64,000 nt of DNA from Eledone cirrhosa (Eukaryota): positions 236,220,001 through 236,284,000 of the forward strand of contig OZ024742.1 of assembly GCA_964016885.1 (NCBI GenBank). The letters are read 5' to 3'. Position numbers and translations under genes: made by a program. Position 1 is the first letter of the stretch; every line of letters starts with the position of its first letter. Of the stretch, positions 15,888-28,471 are shown one piece after another. The notes under the pieces were generated by a model. The model worked only from the letters and a program-made list of their open reading frames with translations, did not search any database and was not told where the DNA came from.

Positions 15888-16180
15888 AATAATTGTTTCT
15901 ACTTTTGGCACAAGGCCAACAATTATCCCAGTGTATTACTGGTACTTTATTTTATCGACTCCGTAAGATGAAAGGCAAAGCTAACCTTGGCAGGATTTGA
16001 ACTCAGACCATAAAGGGCCGTAACTCTTTGCTGCAAAGCTTGGCGTCAGATCCTCTACCGTTACTGTCAATCCTCAATGCTTACATTTTAAATAATTGTT
16101 TCTACTTTTGGCACAAGGCCAGCAATTACCCAGTACATTACTGGTACTTTATTTTATCGACCCCGTAAGGATGAAAGGCA
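15888..16180 (-). mobile_element. SINE family 1, full copy plus duplicated 3' half
   Basis: tgcttacattttaaataattgtttctacttttggcacaagg occurs at ~15876 and ~16078. Confidence 0.8.
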
Positions 16181-16232
16181 ATTTAAATAATATAGCTTGT
16201 TTACAAATTATCTTAAGAGACGAAAGAACGAG

Positions 16233-16324
<92 letters not shown>

Positions 16325-16422
16325 GGGACTCATCGGAATCAATCATTATACAAATAAATACCTCAACAAGTTCATCTCTTCGAACGCACAAAAATTCCGT
16401 AAAATGATTTGTATAATGATTG

Positions 16423-16460
16423 ATTCCGATGAGTCCCACGAGGATGAAACACTTGTAAAT
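16423..16460 (+). ncRNA. Hammerhead motif, family F (CCGATGA core), with inverted partial arm at 16326-16356
   Basis: ATT CCGATGA GTCC CACGA GGAT GAAA C ACTT G TA AAT. Confidence 0.55.
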
Positions 16461-16710
16461 TAAATTATGATGTAAATAAGTGTTTGGTAACATATCTTAA
16501 TGGATAACTTGCTCTACGTGTAAATAATCTAACACAGTAGGAGCTCATATAATTATTTTTTAATTATATGCAGTCGTGTGTACAGTTTATTTTAAGTTAT
16601 CGAATTTTGAGCTGATATAACTTTTTTAACTACACCTTTCCAGCTTTTATATTTGAAAACGAATTTCTTTGGCCTCAGCCGGATGGCTTGGCTGAAACAG
16701 GCAAAAGATT

Positions 16711-16813
<103 letters not shown>

Positions 16814-17150
16814 GTAGAATTTCACCACATTCTATTTATTATGTAACCCATGTTATACATATTCGATGGTAACTGTCAAGCAATCATCAAATACGATCTC
16901 TTCAGACAGTTCTCGCATTTATAATAGCTGGTATATCAAATACTATTTCTTATTACTTGATATACCAGCTACCAGGCTTAAATTGTTGTTTCGTCATCAT
17001 GTAGCTGACATAGAGTCACCCAAAGATGTTCTTGTTCGCATTCTTACGGAGTGACTGTATATATGTATGTATATATATTTACACATTGGTGCAGTTTCGG
17101 TTACCCACTCTGTATTTATACAAATATAACTTCATCGTATACTTCTGCTT

Positions 17151-17202
<52 letters not shown>

Positions 17203-17209
<7 letters not shown>

Positions 17210-17263
17210 GTACCAGTAATGCACTGGGTAATTGTTGACCTTGTGCCTAAAGTAGAAACAATT

Positions 17264-17307
<44 letters not shown>

Positions 17308-17418
17308 AATTGTTTCTACTTTAGGCACAAGGCCAGCAATTACCCAGAGTGCATTACTGGTACTTTATTTTATCGACCCCGTAAGGATGAAAGGCAAAGT
17401 TAACCTCGGCAGGATTTG
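17203..17418. mobile_element. Two SINE family 1 3' ends tail-to-tail across a (TA)n tract
   Basis: ...gtagaaacaattattg(TA)n caataattgtttctac... Confidence 0.8.
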
Positions 17419-17424
17419 ATATAT

Positions 17425-17810
17425 ATACAATAATTAGAGGTACACAGATATATGTGTATACATACATATACATGCATATATATACATACATTTTTCACAA
17501 GTATGTGAGATTGTGTGTTGTCAACCTTAACCAGTGTTGCTCTATGACTATGAGAGACAAGATAAACTGTACAGTCGGGAATTTGAAGAAAAAATGGGTA
17601 TTTATTTATGTCTAATATTTCTTCTTTCTTTATAATGTATTACATAGCTCTGATATAGAGTCAATTTAATTATTCCAATTATCTTGTCTCTCATAGTCAT
17701 AGAGCAACACTGGTTAAGGCTGACAACACACAGTCTCACATACTTGTTAAAAATGTATGTGTATATATGCATGTATATGTATGTATACACATATATCTGT
17801 GTACCTCTCA
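17425..17810. repeat. ~135-bp inverted repeat enclosing a copy of 18341-18418
   Basis: gaggtacacagatatatgtg...ctatgagagacaagataa versus ttatcttgtctctcatag...cacatatatctgtgtacctc. Confidence 0.8.
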
Positions 17811-17820
17811 TTATTGTCTC

Positions 17821-18008
17821 GGTGAATTGGCAGTATCGGTAGAGGGTCGGACGCCATGCTTTGACGCATAGAGTTACGGCCCTTGCCATTCTGAGTTCAA
17901 ATCCCGCCGAGGTTAACTTTGGCTTTCATCCTTACGGGGTCGATAAAATATAGTACCAGTAATACGCTGGGTAATTGCTGGCCTTGTGCCAAAAGTAGAA
18001 ACAATTAT
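17821..18008 (+). mobile_element. SINE family 1, full length
   Basis: TGGCAGTATCGG (A box) ... GAGTTCAAATCC (B box) ... gtagaaacaattat. Confidence 0.85.
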
Positions 18009-18013
18009 TGTCT

Positions 18014-18414
18014 ATAACTCCCTCACGGTAGAGTAACCACGGAAGTATAGTGACTGCTTTCAAGCTAATACTATATACCCTTCTAGTCTTCCTTATGTAG
18101 CCTCTGCATCGTATTAATATCCCCTCCGCCTTCTGTGATATTTTTCATTGCTACAAAGGATTTAGCCCCATTTCTTGACCACTGTATCACGTGATAAGGT
18201 CTCCCTCCGCCTTTTCGAGATTCTTTCGCGCGGTGCAGACCTGTTTTGAAATTTTTCCATCAGGTATTCCCTTGAAAAGTCGGCAAACCTCACAAAAATG
18301 TTACATCTCTATGATATAGGATTATTGCATAGTAATTACGTAACTGTACAGTCGGGAATTTGAAGAAAAAATGGGTATTTATTTATGTCTAATATTTCTT
18401 CTTTCTTTATAATG

Positions 18415-18418
<4 letters not shown>
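18014..18418 (+). mobile_element. Diverged relative of family D with HHR at 18266-18359
   Basis: Collinear with the D unit (ataactccct, cccctccgcc twice); ATTCCC TTGAAAA GTCGGCA...AC GTAA CTGTACAG TC GGGAAT. Confidence 0.7.
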
Positions 18419-18451
<33 letters not shown>

Positions 18452-19290
18452 GAAAATAAAAAGTTACGGGCGAAAGAGGGTATTGTCCATCATCAGTTGT
18501 CTGCTAGGAATCATTGATATTTCTTCGCGTTAGAGACAAGATAAAACAACCTAGTGCGATCAATAACTAAAATAAGTTATTGGGATAAAAAGGGGGAGAG
18601 AGAGAAAAATACGTAATTTTTTCTCTCCCTCCCCCTTTTTATGTTGTGTGTGGTTGTGTTCGTCTATATGTGTAGTCAAATGTATCTATCCTGACCTATC
18701 TAGATAGGATAATTCAGGGAGTGGCTGTGTGTGGTTTTGTGTATAAATATCTAGCTTAGTGATTGTTTATAGGTATGTGTGCATCTATATGTGCGGTGAA
18801 GTGTATCTTTCCTGACCTGACTAGATAGAATAATGTCTATCAGTCTATTAAACAGGAAGATGTGTAAATATAAAAATACACTCTTGACAGGTGCAATGTG
18901 TCCGAACACGGAAGAGCCGAACTTCTACCGTCATCGCCCCATCTCTCTCGCCCTCCCCATCTCTCTCGCCCTCCCCCATCTCTCTCACCCTCCCCATCTC
19001 TCTGTATAGTGAGCAAATGGGATCCCATGTGCTGGCCGCTCCACCGCTCGGCGGACAGAATGGAAAAAGGCGTTTCCCAGGAGGATGGATAGAATAATTG
19101 GGGAGAGGGCCGAAATATATTTATCGAGAAGGTATGTAAGCTTAGTCTGTGTGTGTGTATGTTCCTACCCTCAGGCATGATGAAAGAATATGACAAATTG
19201 ACAAAATGGTAATTTATCAGCTATGAGATGGATAATGTTATTATTTATCTGAGAAATCCGATTCAGCAGCGAACACACGCATCTGAAGAC

Positions 19291-19347
<57 letters not shown>

Positions 19348-19974
19348 TATAACAATGCTACCTGCGTCTAGCCTCTTTCGAAAGAACAATCCTCAGAAGC
19401 TGGCACGAGCACTCAATGAGATGATATCGATTTATCGATAAGTTAATGCTCAGAGTAATAAACATACGTTAAGGGAGTGATTAATTGCAAATTGCGGCCG
19501 GGTAAGAAATGCCGCAAAAGCCACCACAACAACGAAAGTACAAACAGAAAATATATTTATTCTAAGGTAGGCCAAGTGGAGGAATCTGTATATTTATGAT
19601 CATTCTTCACAATTCAAAACTTTTAATTTTTATAGGAAAAACTAGATTTTTCACAGAAATATCTTAAAAGAAAAGTTGTAGATAACGATTGCAGTGATGG
19701 AATCGATAATATATCTAATCCAATCTGGCCGAGTTTACACTCGCAAATAAGAAGAACCAGAGCCGCCTCTAGGGGGATTGGATTTGGCGTATTTCATATT
19801 TGTTGAATACAATCAGCGGTCGCTACTTCTCTTGAGCGCCTTTCCATTGTCAATTTACTTTCATCATCTGAAAAGCCGATCATTTGCAAAGCCGCATTGT
19901 TCTCAGAACCACTACACCAGTCTTTCAATGCGTGCAGCTGGAACTATTGCCACCCATTGATTTGGCAGGATCGC

Positions 19975-20108
19975 AACTCATTTCTATAGCTGAGTAAACT
20001 GGAGCAATGTGAAATAAAGTGTCTTACTCAAGGACACAACACATCACCCGGTCCGAGAATCGAACTCACAACCTTTCGATTGCAAGCCCAATGCTCTAAC
20101 CACTAATC
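19975..20108 (-). mobile_element. tRNA-derived SINE family 2 head (others at ~24600-24700 -, 25877-26020 +, 26137-26450 +, 34560-34672 +, 36350-36470 +)
   Basis: Reverse complement tagtggttagagcattgg...gtgagttcgattctc...gtgtccttgagtaagacactttatttcacattgctcc. Confidence 0.7.
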
Positions 20109-21088
20109 CCCCATCTCTCTCGCCCTCCCCATCTCTCTGTATAATTCACTCTGTATAACTCACGATAATTCCTATTTAAATTGAAAAAATAAAAGATAGA
20201 TAAAGGTGTCAAGTATAAAAAGATAGAGATGCGGTCAATTAGCCAGTGCTAAATGGAGTAATATCTAGTAGAATTAATTTTCTATAACTAATCTGGTACG
20301 TATAACTATGATTAGGAGTATAGATTTGATTCATTTACGATGTCCCCGTTATGTTGTACTACTGGGATAATTGTGGTGATTATATTTCGTAGATTTGTCG
20401 TGGAGTATGTAGAATGGGGAATTGTTAATTGATTATGCACGGTAGGGGCCTATTTTCATTTCTTAGTTGCGTATGTATGTTGCATGGGGGGGGGGGGGGG
20501 GTCGACATACAAATAGGTAAAGATATTTCTGTAGTGGAGTGTGCTAGAATAGGTGTAGCCACTTTAACGCCGCTATTGTAGAATAAGATGTTGTGGTAGG
20601 TTCCCCTTTGGGGATATATTTATGTAGCTGAAGGGTCGGATGTGCGACTCGGGTAGCTGCAAAGATGAACAACTTATGTACTTGTTTCATATGCTAATAA
20701 CTTTAATGGTGGTATGTGTGTTTTGGTATGTCACTGTCAACTCAAATGTTTCTATAGGAGCTAATTCTGTGTGTATTTATGGGTGCGTATGTACTCTATA
20801 TACCTAGGGATCCGTTTGCAAATGTACTATGGTACCCTAGGGTGCCTATTGCAGTGTGTGTATGTACAATGAATGTTGGAAAATTTATCTGACCCTCCTG
20901 GATCGAGAGGTCTGAAATTTTGATGTGTTTTGTAAATCCAGTGTTTGCGCGAGGTAATGAGTCCATTTTTGTTTAATAATTGTTCCTTGGCGAACAGCAT
21001 TTTCATTGTATCCTCAGAGCAGGCGTGAACCTAATACAATTGTGTACAACTGCCTCCTGCATTTTGTTTGTTCTTTTCAACTATACAT

Positions 21089-21167
21089 ATATTGGATCGT
21101 CAAGTATGAAATTTGTAGAAATGTATAAAAAAAAAAACAAATTTCTACAAATTTCATACTTGACGAC

Positions 21168-21172
<5 letters not shown>
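21089..21172. repeat. Short inverted-repeat element next to (TA)n
   Basis: attggatcgtcaagtatgaaatttgtagaaat / atttctacaaatttcatacttgacgacccaat. Confidence 0.8.
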
Positions 21173-21245
<73 letters not shown>

Positions 21246-21529
21246 TATATATATGCAAACATACATATATACAATAATAATAATAATAATAATAATTAAC
21301 CGATACCAGGACTTAAAGTGGGAGGTAAAAAGGATTTGGAACTGCCATGAAGTCATAGGCGCACTAGGTACTATATATATATATATATAAATGTAGTCTG
21401 AGTTTTTCGAATATTAATAATAACATTCGATTCGTTTTCAATTATGCAAACAAGCCTCATTTTTAAAGCCATGTCAGTAGAATGAACCCTTCATTCTTTT
21501 TATTCCCTCGCTTAGCAGTGCTACCGGGG

Positions 21530-22245
21530 GAAGTGTTGTCAGACGGACCTGCCCAAGATGCGCACAGAACGACGAAACCGTTCTGCACGCACTTGTCCAA
21601 TGTCCATGCATTACTGACTTGTGGAGTTATGTCGAACAGCTACTGTCGCGTGTGGAACGAATCCGGCTATCGGCCGAGTCCATAGTGAAGATCGAGCCGC
21701 CACCTTCCTTAGGTCAGGGAGAGCAGGAAATTTTCCTCTGTCTGGTGGCAGTTGCGAAAGAGATTATATGGTGGACCAGGTTGAAAGGACTAAAGACAGA
21801 CACTTTTCTCTTCGGCCAATCCCTCATCAACTTCTTCAAGTTTCACCTGGAAAGGAAGGTGAGGGTGGAGAGAGAAGTGCTGCCCCCCAGTACATTTGCT
21901 AAAAGGTGGGTGAATGTGGCGAGAATGGCTCGTGTGAATGGGCCTACTCTGACCATGCGCCTATAGGCTGGATAACTTGAGGAGAGGGGAGCTCTCCCTG
22001 GGTGCCCTAAAAGCGCAGGGTGGTTCAGGATTGGTGGGGTCCTGAAGCACCCCAGGGTCGTACACCCCCTATCGGGGAATTTATTTTGTTATATTTATGC
22101 ATAGTTTATTTTATATTTTTATATTTTCATTGTTAAATTAGTCTTGCCATTGTGCACTTTTACTCCACTTTATTGTAAACCACCACTGTCCCTGTCTTTG
22201 TATTGTCCCCTACATGTCGGCCCTGGTGGCTAATAAATGAAATCA
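21530..22245 (+). mobile_element. 3' end of an L1/Tx1-clade LINE (ORF2 C-terminal CCHC zinc finger plus 3' UTR)
   Basis: CPRCAQNDETVLHALVQCPCITDLWSYVEQ...AKEIIWWTR...FAKRW* (stop 21964-21966), then AATAAA and a (TTA)n tract. Confidence 0.8.
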
Positions 22246-22269
22246 TTATTATTATTATTATTGTTGTTA

Positions 22270-23151
22270 TTACTCTTTGAGTCACAGTCATTGATGTTAG
22301 TTAACTGGAAAGTTTGTTGAAATGAATATCAAGCCACTACCTGCAGCCTCAGATATTAAGGACGTATCGGAGGGTTCTTGCTGTTCCCAGCAAGCATGCC
22401 TTTTGAAGCGTTCCAAAAAGCGTGAAGGGGCCAATTTTCTTTAACCATCCCTGGAAACTTTTTGAGATAGTCCCTAGTGCGCCTATGACAATCGGGATCA
22501 CTTTGACTTCATGGCAGTTCCAAATCCTTTTTACCTCCCACTTTAAGTCCTGGTATCGGTTAATTTTCTCCCTCTCCTTCTCTTGCACTCTCGTGTCGAA
22601 TGGGCAGGCCACATCCACAATCAGCCACGATCTTTTTCCCTTGTCCAAAACCACCAGGTCAGGTCTATTGTGTTCCAGTTTCTTGTCCGTCTGTATCCTA
22701 AAATCCCATAGCACCTTCACCTGATCGTTTTCTATCACCGACTCTGGCTTATGCTCATATCACTTCTCAGAATGTGGTAAATTGTTTACTTTGCATAGGC
22801 GCCAGTGGATCACCCTGCCCATCACATTATGTCTCCAGCCTTTATAGTGAGTCTGGGCTAGGTGTTTACACTCGGATACAATGTGAGCCACAGTCTCCTC
22901 TCTCTCTCTCCACAGATCCTACACAGTGGGCTAGCCTCCTCCTTGTAAATATGGTGTTTCGCCCACTTCGTTTTGAGGGCCTGCTCTTGCGCAGCCATTA
23001 GCATTCCTTCTGTAGCCTTTTTAAGGTCTCCTCCTTTCAACCAGTTCCATGTCTGTGGATCTCTAAATTCAGTTTTCTCAAAGAAAGCACTATGAAGGGA
23101 GTTTTCATGAAGATTGCTCTTTCTCCTTGTTGTTATTTCCTCCTTGGACAT
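22270..23151 (-). mobile_element. 5'-truncated R4/Dong-like non-LTR retrotransposon (CCHC + restriction-like endonuclease)
   Basis: LKKATEGMLMAAQEQAL, CRICGERE, HNRPDLVVLDK..IVDVACPFD..EKINRYQDL; bounded by (TAA)n tracts; frameshifted. Confidence 0.85.
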
Positions 23152-23175
23152 TTATTATTTTTATTATTATTATTA

Positions 23176-24024
23176 CAGTTGCATTTATCTTGCTTTATGT
23201 TCATACGAGTTATCACCAAGTCACAACCAGTGACCTCAAGAGACAACAAGGTCCGCCATGTTCAAGAAAGAACATACATATTCACACATGCATCTTTAGT
23301 GTTTAGACTTGTGATGTACTTATATTGACAGAATCTTCCTTAGTATATGGGCAGTTCCCATTAGTACTATCTTTTGTATTTCTCCTATACGCGGGTTTCC
23401 TGGGATTTGCGATAAGTATTCATTAGACCCCTTAGGTATCATTCCCAGAGCGCCTACAACCACTGGTATTGTTTTAGTTCTCAATTTCCACATTTTTCCA
23501 ATTTTTATCTCCAGGTCCTTATACTTGCTCAATTTTTCAAATGTTTTTATAGATACATTCTTGTCTATTGGAACAGACATATCAATTAGCAGGCATACCC
23601 TCTTTTGAAAGTCTTTCAATATTATATCAGGTCTGTTTGCATCTATTTTTCGGTCTGTTTGGATGCTAAAGTTCCACAAGATTGAGATGTGATCTTTTTC
23701 AAGTATGGGAGGTGGTTGATGCTCCCACCAATTCTTTTGATGGGGCAGGTCAAAATGCTTACACATTATCCAATGTATGTATTGTGCAGCTCTGTCATGC
23801 CTGTTTAGGTATTCGGTTGGAGCTATAGGACTGCACATTGAAATTATATGGTCAATGGTCTCTGGTTGTTTTTTGCATACACGGCATAATGGGCTGCACC
23901 CATTTTTTATTATGTTGGCTTGGTAATTTTTTGTTGGCAGACACTGATCTTGTGCCGATATAATCAGTCCTTCAGTCTCCGATTTCAGTCCAGAGGATGC
24001 CAACCACTGATGGGTTAAAGTTTT
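23176..24024 (-). mobile_element. Second, distinct 5'-truncated R4/Dong-like element with open C-terminal ORF (23320-24024)
   Basis: LKSETEGLIISAQDQCL, CRVCKKQPETIDHIISMC, RHD, NRPDIILKD..LIDMSVPID..EKLSKYKDL; 5' end joins (TAA)n at 24040-24120. Confidence 0.9.
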
Positions 24025-24037
24025 GTCATCATCATCA

Positions 24038-24124
<87 letters not shown>

Positions 24125-25658
24125 CTATGTATATATGTATGTATGTATATATATATGTGTGTGTGTATGTGTGTGAGTGTGTGTATATGTATGTATGTGA
24201 GTGTGTGTGTACACACTCACAGTGTGTTCTCCTGTCGAATTAGTGATTTGATCAACTGAATGCCTACTCGTTTGAATTATCATTCAGAGTGGCTGAGTAT
24301 TCCTCACACGTCAATACAATTAATCAATAAAATTAATAACAGTCTAATAAAAATAGTACTAGCGTCTATGTTTATACAGTCATGCATACACATGGAATAC
24401 ACGCATGTACATAAACAACACCCAAACATGTATTCACTTTGGTTCCGACGTGGAATGTTAAGGAAAATTCTATCAACGGAACAGTCTGATGGGAAAATTA
24501 ACAGGCAAGTGACTGCGTTACACAGACACGTGTACTTTTAACGTATTATTTTTCAAGGAAACTTAGCGTGACACAGGTTATGGCAAGGCTGGCCCTTTGA
24601 ATTATAGGTTCCACTAATTTTTGCTCGCTGAGTGGACTGGCGTAATGCGAAATATAGTGTCTTGCCCAAGGACACAACGAGCCGTTGGAATCGGTCATTA
24701 GACAAACACTTTTACCTTCACTCAACATGCAAACGCACACGCACACATTCACAAATCAAAGTTGCAATACATAAACTATCAGAGCACATGGATGCATATA
24801 TTTACTGAAACATACACAGGAATGGACCTCCATTGGTATTAACGATGAGTATTCCAGTTGTTCGTCCCGAAAACAGCCTCCTCATGAAATTAACGCGTAT
24901 GGTTTTGAATATTCCATGGACGTGTTTACATTTAGCGTAATTCTCAGTGATATTTAGTGTGACAAAGCATGACCTTTAGATTACAGGTAGAATCCATCCA
25001 ATGGACTTTCAAATAGTTTCCGTCTACCCAGATTTACTCACAAAGCTTGGGTCAGTCCGAGGCGATGGTAAATGACACTTGTCTTAGATGTCATACACTG
25101 GCATTGACCCGGGATATGATGACAAAGCGATTTCCTTAATGATTTGGCTACGCTGCATCTGCACACACACACACACACACATACACACACACATAAAAAT
25201 ATACCCCCTCCACACACGCACACACATTTATGCATACACATACCTGCATGCATGCATAAAATACATAAACACACATACACATTTACTGAAACACTCAGAC
25301 ACACACATACAGGAACACACACACATACACACACATACACACATACACACTCACACACACGTACACACTCACACATTCTCACACACAGGGAGAAAGAGAG
25401 ATGGGGGAAAGAAAGGAAGAAAGAAAGAGAGAAAGAGATGAATTATTAGATGGATAGAGAGGTTGGAATGATATTCAAACACATTCATAGTGTTGAGAAG
25501 AAAGTTGGTCAAGTAGTTTGTTATTAAAGATGGTATTATATGATAAGAATATAATAGTGAAATAGTGTCAAGAAGTATATTAAGATACTAAATACTAAAT
25601 ACAGAAACTGTTTTTTCAAAGGCGGCTTAAGTGGTTTACATTGAGCCTTAATAATAAT

Positions 25659-25780
25659 CACAGTACTACCAAGGACTATAATAGTATTCACAGAACTAGC
25701 AATGACTATAATTGTATTCACAGTTCCAGAAAGATCTACAATGGTAGTCACAGTTCGAAAGAGGACTACAATGGTCGTTG
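25659..25780. repeat. 30-bp degenerate minisatellite, 4 copies
   Basis: cacag..........gacta.aat.gta.t repeated every 30 bp. Confidence 0.7.
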
Positions 25781-26654
25781 ATGAAGATGGATACACATCC
25801 GAAATTTTAGACAACTACCGATTATTAGAAATTTAAAAAAATAGGTGAAAGTGTTTTATGTCTATATGTGTGAAGACGTGCGGCTTCGTGTTCGTCTCAC
25901 GATTACAAAATTATTAGCTTGATTCTCGGCAGCACGTTGGATACCGGACAGTGTGGTGTGTCCTTGAGCAAGGTACTTTATTTCACATTCCTCTAGTCCA
26001 TTCAGCTGGGAAAAAATGTGTTGGACCTGTGGTTTTTTTCCTAAATTCAAACACACATCTGAAACTGTTGACAGATGCTGATTATTAAAGGTTAAGAAAT
26101 AGGTTAACGTCTTATGTGACATGTGCATATATGAAAGTGCGTGGTTTTGTTGTTAACGTATTCGACCCACGATTGTAACATTACGAGTCCGATTCCCAGT
26201 AGGGCGTTGTGACCATGAGGAAGACACTTAAGTTGCTCGAGTTTACTGAGCTGGAAAGAATGAGTTGTACCTGTATTTCAAAGAGCCAACCATTTCACAT
26301 AATGTGTTTTGATAACATTTCTCTGGGAACTATGTTCGGGGTTCACGTGTCTGTGAAATACTCAACCATCTGTAGGTAATTTTCACGAATAAGCTGTTCT
26401 GTTCATTAAACTACTGGAACACTCACCGACGGAAACGATAGAAATCCAACACACACATTCATATTTATTTATCTACAGACATACGTATGTATGTATATAT
26501 AGCTATCTCACAGTCTCTGTCTGTCTCTTTCTCTCCACACCATCTTCTTCTTCTCACCCGTCTATTTTTCACTCCCACCCTACTACCTTCAATAAGACAT
26601 TTTATTCCAATTCCATCCCACCCGTCCCCTCAATCTATCTTATTTCTCATTCTT

Positions 26655-26690
26655 TCTTCTGATGAAAGACTAGCGTCCGAAACGTTAAGA
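26655..26690 (+). ncRNA. Minimal type I hammerhead, family G
   Basis: TCTT CTGATGA AAGAC TAGC GTCC GAAA CG TT AAGA; palindromic AACGTT stem III. Confidence 0.75.
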
Positions 26691-26955
26691 CCCTCTTCCT
26701 GCTATTTCAAGCGTTAACCTAATGTATCTGTATATACTGTACCGATTGTGTTGTTATTTCTTTACACACACACACACACACGCGCGCACACACACAACAC
26801 ACACACGCACACACACACTCATATACACACACACACGCACGCACACACACATATATATATGTATGTATGTAAAAGGTAAACAGAAATAACAACACAATCA
26901 GTACAGTATATGGAAGGTATATATTAGGTTAACGCTTGATATAGCAGGAAGAGTG

Positions 26956-26991
26956 TCTTAACGTTTCAGACGCTAGTCCTTCATCAGAAGA
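26956..26991 (-). ncRNA. Minimal type I hammerhead, family G (opposite copy; arms ~26610-26765 and ~26878-27040)
   Basis: Reverse complement TCTT CTGATGA AGGAC TAGC GTCT GAAA CG TT AAGA. Confidence 0.75.
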
Positions 26992-27465
26992 AAGAATGAG
27001 AAATAAAATAGATTAAGGGGACGAGCGGGATGGAATTGAAAAAAATGTCTTTCGATAAAAATAACAGGTCCATTCATGTTGACATCTCTTGCAAAACTGT
27101 TGGTCCTGGCGTTTTGTGTGTGTGTATATATATATATATATATAATATATATATATACATATATTATATATATATACATATATTATATATATACATATAT
27201 ATATATATATACATATATATATTATATATTATATATATACATACACCCACACACACACACATATATATATATATACAAGTATATATATAATATATGTATA
27301 TATATATACAAGTATATATATAATATACATATATTATATATATATATATATTATATATATATCATATATATTATACATATATACAAGTTTATATATATTA
27401 TATATATATATACAAGTATATATATATTATATACATATACATATATTATATATATATATATATAA

Positions 27466-27630
27466 TATTCCTTAAAGGTTTATTATACTATGATCCAACA
27501 AACCTAAATGAATATATATATATAGTATAACTGAACAAAAAAGAAAAACGAACATATACATGTATGCGTTCAAATCGTATATTAATTTTGGTTTGTTGGT
27601 TCATAGTATAATAAACCTTTAAAGAATTAC
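27466..27630. repeat. Inverted-repeat element between (TA)n tracts
   Basis: ttaaaggtttattatactatgatccaacaaacc / ggtttgttggttcatagtataataaacctttaa. Confidence 0.75.
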
Positions 27631-27652
27631 ACCAGTCCAGCCTCCTGTTATT

Positions 27653-27700
<48 letters not shown>

Positions 27701-27703
27701 AAT

Positions 27704-27753
<50 letters not shown>

Positions 27754-27772
27754 CATATATATATATATATAT

Positions 27773-27913
<141 letters not shown>

Positions 27914-28283
27914 ATAATTGTTTCTACTATTGGCACAAGGCCAGAAATTACTCAGTACATTACTGGTACTTTATTTTATCGACCCCGTAAGGATGAAAGG
28001 CAAAGTTAACCTCGGCGGGATTTGAACTCAGAATGGCAAGGGCCGTAACTCTATGCGTCAAAGCATGGCGTCCGACCCTCTACCGATACTGCCAATCCAC
28101 CGCCCTTTATATATATAATTGTTTCTACTTTAGGCACAAGGCCAGCAATTATCCAGTGCATTACTGGTACTTTATTTTATCGACCCCGTAAGGATGAAAG
28201 GCAAAGTTAACCTCGGCGGGATTTGAACTCAGATCGTAAAGGGACGTAACTATGCTGGAAAGCATGGCGTCCGACCCTCTACC
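27914..28283 (-). mobile_element. Two tandem SINE family 1 copies
   Basis: 27914-28107 full length; 28114-28283 slightly 5'-truncated. Confidence 0.85.
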
Positions 28284-28300
28284 TTTATATATATAATAAT

Positions 28301-28437
28301 GTCCAGAACTAGCCGTCGAAACGGCTTGAGCTCAGCCGTCGGGGTCCTACTCGTTCCTATTACCCACTCTACTACCCTAAGTATTGAGTACTTTGGTGCG
28401 TTATGGTCCACCTGTTTCCTTACCACATTTCCTTCGT

Positions 28438-28440
<3 letters not shown>
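28301..28440 (+). mobile_element. Family R element with the 3' half of a hammerhead
   Basis: tagccgtc GAAA CGGCT tgagctc AGCCG TC GGGGTCC; CTGANGA half absent. Confidence 0.7.

Positions 28441-28464
<24 letters not shown>

Positions 28465-28471
<7 letters not shown>

Noticed and set aside
17821-17910. tRNA genes at A/B-box sequences
   Set aside because: No complete cloverleaf; each continues into a conserved SINE body and tail.
19175-19295. ATGATGA...GAAATCCGATT and CTGAAGA near a TA tract
   Set aside because: Stems I and II cannot be drawn convincingly; left uncalled.
23320-24216. 298-aa ORF as an intact gene with poly-N
   Set aside because: The N-terminal part is microsatellite read-through fused to a 5'-truncated retrotransposon C-terminus.
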